DNA of 64,000 bases, taken from the NCBI GenBank assembly GCA_963799485.1, contig CAWCXJ010000008.1, forward strand, positions 32,001-96,000, written 5' to 3'. This DNA comes from an uncultured Trueperaceae bacterium. GTDB lineage: Bacteria; Deinococcota; Deinococci; Deinococcales; Trueperaceae. The position numbers and the translations under genes are program-made. The stretch's first letter is position 1. Each line of letters begins with the position of its first letter. Positions 61,267-64,000 of the stretch are shown one piece after another. A model generated the notes under the pieces. The model was not told where the DNA came from and ran no database searches. It was given only the letters and a program-made list of their open reading frames with translations.

Positions 61267-62124
61267 ATGAAGGACGCTTTCAAGGTCGCCAAAAGGGCGC
61301 TGCAAGGGTTTGGTCAACACAACATGACCACCTACGCAGCGGCACTCTCGTATCAGGTACTCTTCTCGCTTTTCCCGTTTATCCTCTTTCTGGTCGCACT
61401 TTTGGGTTTTTTAGGTATCCCCGAGTTTTTTAGCTGGTTGCAAAGCCAGGCGACGAACTTGCTTCCGGCTCAGGCCGCGCAGCAGGTCAACACCGTTATC
61501 GGTCAGCTGCAACAACCTCAGGGCGGGCTGCTTTCGTTTGGGATTGTTCTCGCCTTGTGGTCGGCGTCGGGGGGCGTCCGGGCCACCATGGGCGCGATGA
61601 ACGCGGCGTACGGGGTTAAAGAAGGTCGTCCGGCGTGGCGACTCTACTTGTTGTCGATTCTCTATACGCTCGGTCTGGCGCTGCTTCTAATCGCCGCCGC
61701 CGCGCTGATGATTTTGGGGCCGCAGGCGGTGGCGTGGCTGGACGCGCGTATCGGTTTGGGCGGCGTCGTGACCACGCTCTGGAATGTGCTGCGTTTGCCG
61801 CTTGTGGTTGTGCTGCTGACGCTCAGTATCGCGCTGATTTACTACCTCACCCCGGACGTCGAGCAGCGTTTTAGACTGATTACGCCGGGTACGGTGGTTG
61901 CGGTACTCGTCTGGCTCGCCGCCTCATTCGGGTTCGGTTACTACGTGCAAAACTTTGCCAATTACAACGCCACTTACGGCAGTTTAGGGGCAATTATCAT
62001 CTTGCTCTTTTACTTTTATCTGTCTGCGGCCATCTTGCTCTTCGGCGCGGAGCTTAACGCGACGCTCGAGCGCTACCGTAAAGACGGCAAAGACCCCGGT
62101 GACAGGGCGCTGCCGGAATCGTAG
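61267..62124 (+). CDS. YihY/BrkB family membrane protein
   Basis: AAALSY..LFSLFP, YNATYGSLG, GAELN. Confidence 0.93.
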   Translation: MKDAFKVAKRALQGFGQHNMTTYAAALSYQVLFSLFPFILFLVALLGFLGIPEFFSWLQSQATNLLPAQAAQQVNTVIGQLQQPQGGLLSFGIVLALWSASGGVRATMGAMNAAYGVKEGRPAWRLYLLSILYTLGLALLLIAAAALMILGPQAVAWLDARIGLGGVVTTLWNVLRLPLVVVLLTLSIALIYYLTPDVEQRFRLITPGTVVAVLVWLAASFGFGYYVQNFANYNATYGSLGAIIILLFYFYLSAAILLFGAELNATLERYRKDGKDPGDRALPES

Positions 62125-62199
62125 AACGTCTTTAGCGGGTGCTTGAGAAGTAAGTTCCGGCTTTTCCGGCGCTGTCAAAACCGAGCTGCCAACCTTTTA

Positions 62200-62625
62200 A
62201 GAAGCACTGATGCCCGCGAATTCGAGCATATTTTTGAGACTCAACCGCCGAATGTAATGCGTCGGGGCAAAAAAGCGAATTCCAAAATACCCTCTAGGTG
62301 TTCGGCCTAGTTGTTGGCGCTCATAAATCCTGCAAGCGTGCTGAAAAGCCGGGACGGTGTCCACTGCGCCGAGGCTCGCCCCGACCGAGACACCTCTTCA
62401 ACCTGTGCCGAGGCAGGGCGCGAACTACTCCGGGTGTTGCCACGAAACACGTTTGAAGGCGCTCGAAGTCCGCAACCTTACGACCTCATCCGGGCTCGAG
62501 TAACAACCGTAAAGCGCTTCCAGCCTTGACGAGCCGGCAACGAGGTCTACAACTTCGGCGGTTCATCCCAGCAAATTGGGATGTCCACCCGCCGGCATGT
62601 CGGTAAAGGGTTCAGGCTCCGGCAT
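62200..62625 (-). pseudogene. Decayed conserved hypothetical (helical-repeat-like) gene
   Basis: MPEPEPFTDMPAGGHPNLLG*TAEVVDLV..RLEALYGCYSSPDEVVRLRTSSAFKRV..HPE*, then ASAQWT in another frame; resembles a GGHPNSLGRT family recalled from memory. Confidence 0.55.
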
Positions 62626-62648
62626 AAGTCCTTGTTCTTACTATCGGC

Positions 62649-63677
62649 TTAAACCTCGATTATCACCTTCACTGCGCCGTCGGTGCCTTTCTCAGCGTAC
62701 TCGAACCCGGTCAACATCTCGTCCAAGGGAAAGTGGTGCGTAATCATCGGCCCTAAGTCAACTGCGCCGGATGTAAGCAAACTTATCGCTGCCGGATAGG
62801 TGTACACATACCGAAAAATCCCCTTAACGTCGAGTTCTTTGCGGGACAGCTCAACCATCGGGACGCTGTAGGTCGAATTATCGCCAAGCCCGACGACGAC
62901 GACTGTACCACCGGTTTTTACGGTCTTGAGGCAGCTTAAAAAGGCGGGCTCGGCCCCGGCACACTCGATAGCTAAATCTACGCCGCGTCCGTTCGTCGCC
63001 TTTCTGACGATAGCTTCGGCGTCTTCTTTGGCGTCAAAGGTATGCGTCGCGCCCATCTTTTTGGCGACTTCCAAACGGTGAGGCCGCACGTCGCTGATAA
63101 ACACTTCCGTTGCGCCGAAGGCTTTGGCTGCCGCGAGTGAAGTCAACCCAATCGGCCCCGCCCCGGCGATAAAAACACTCTGCCCCGCCGTAAGACCCCC
63201 GCGCCGACACGCGTGAATCCCGACCGAGAGCGGTTCGATTAAAGCCGCTTCGTCGAGACTTATGGAATCCGGCAATTTATAGGCAAAGTCCGCCGGCGAT
63301 ACCGCAAAATCTGAGAGCGCGCCGTCAACAGGCGGCGTGGCAAAAAACTGCACGTCCGGGCAGAGGTTGTAACGGCCTGTCTTGCAAACTTCGCAGTGAC
63401 GGCAAGGGACACCGGGCTCTAAGGCGACCCTGTCCCCGACTTTAAGCGTGGTGACGTTTTCACCGACTTCGGCGACCACGCCCGCGACCTCATGCCCTAA
63501 AATCATCGGCTCTTCGACCACAAAGTCACCGATTGCGCCCGTGCGCCAGTAATGCACGTCCGAGCCGCAGATGCCGACCGAACCGATCTTAACGAGCACG
63601 TCATCCGGGCCGTAGTCGGGTTGGGGAACGTCGTCCAACCGTAAATCTCTCGCTTTATGTAACACCGCTGCTTTCAT
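62649..63677 (-). CDS. Sorbitol/xylitol-type NAD(P)-dependent Zn alcohol dehydrogenase
   Basis: GICGSDVHY, GHE, C..C..C..GRYNLC, FFATPPVDG, GIFRY; AGGGAGG RBS. Confidence 0.93.
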   Translation of the reverse strand: MKAAVLHKARDLRLDDVPQPDYGPDDVLVKIGSVGICGSDVHYWRTGAIGDFVVEEPMILGHEVAGVVAEVGENVTTLKVGDRVALEPGVPCRHCEVCKTGRYNLCPDVQFFATPPVDGALSDFAVSPADFAYKLPDSISLDEAALIEPLSVGIHACRRGGLTAGQSVFIAGAGPIGLTSLAAAKAFGATEVFISDVRPHRLEVAKKMGATHTFDAKEDAEAIVRKATNGRGVDLAIECAGAEPAFLSCLKTVKTGGTVVVVGLGDNSTYSVPMVELSRKELDVKGIFRYVYTYPAAISLLTSGAVDLGPMITHHFPLDEMLTGFEYAEKGTDGAVKVIIEV

Positions 63678-63803
63678 TTCGCCTCCCTAACAGGTCTTCG
63701 TGATGCTATTTTCCTATCATTTCATAAAGCGCCCGGTAGTGCGGCTTCGGACCCGGGCAGAAGTGTTGCCGAAACACCTGAAAACAGTGACGTTTCTCGG
63801 GTT

Positions 63804-63851
63804 CCATACGAAAAATCAACTATTGACAGCGGTAGGCCGATTTCGTATGGT
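63804..63851 (+). promoter_or_regulatory. Sigma70 promoter with a flanking inverted-repeat operator
   Basis: TTGACA(63823)-N17-TATGGT(63846); CCATACGAAA (63804) and TTTCGTATGG (63841) inverted repeat. Confidence 0.75.
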
Positions 63852-64000
63852 GGGGTTGCACGTCAGTTAACACAAAATCGCATCTGTAGTAGCGCCGCTG
63901 ATAAGTTATGTGAGGTTACAAGTTTCTAAAACCCTCTCTCACAGGTTGCGTTTAATAGAGAGCGTTTAGTAGAGATCGGGGGTCAGATGGCATAATTGCA

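Overview
This is a high-GC (~60%) bacterial chromosome segment. Gene content (TilS-TadA fusion, Thermus-sized MglA, many leaderless starts with TANNNT 5-7 nt before the start codon) points to Deinococcota, probably Truepera-like (inference). 1-8.4 kb: right-hand part of a defective prophage or satellite integrated at initiator tRNA-Met. It has iteron-like repeats, RusA-like and HTH genes, a truncated IS5 fused to a truncated virion/tail gene, a 44-bp palindromic two-way promoter, an Xre-type HTH and a tyrosine integrase. 8.4-15.8 kb: housekeeping and LEA-like stress genes. 15.8-21 kb: flippase, three sulfotransferases and a GT4 glycosyltransferase. 21-30.7 kb: envelope island (OmpR/HK pair, PAP2, UppP, type VII ABC with two ATPases, PsbP-like and PepSY proteins, COG4705 remnant) in which three promoters share an AACATT-N7-TANNNT motif. 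30.9-39.7 kb: LOV-GGDEF-EAL protein and an oxidative/desiccation stress cluster (YciE-BON-SRPBCC fusion, Mn catalase, MBL-SRPBCC fusion, Zn dehydrogenase, SDR). 39.7-64 kb: mostly core genes (lnt, ktrAB, tRNA-Trp with integrase and IS110 scars, iscA-type, gcvT-H-PA-PB, orphan mglA, tRNA-Ser, tilS-tadA, deoB, fetAB, yihY, polyol dehydrogenase plus an inverted 3' remnant of it). CTCGAG and GCCGTAAA/TTTACGGC look strongly over-represented by manual count. No CRISPR array or rRNA was seen. Family calls come from motif recognition by eye, not database searches.
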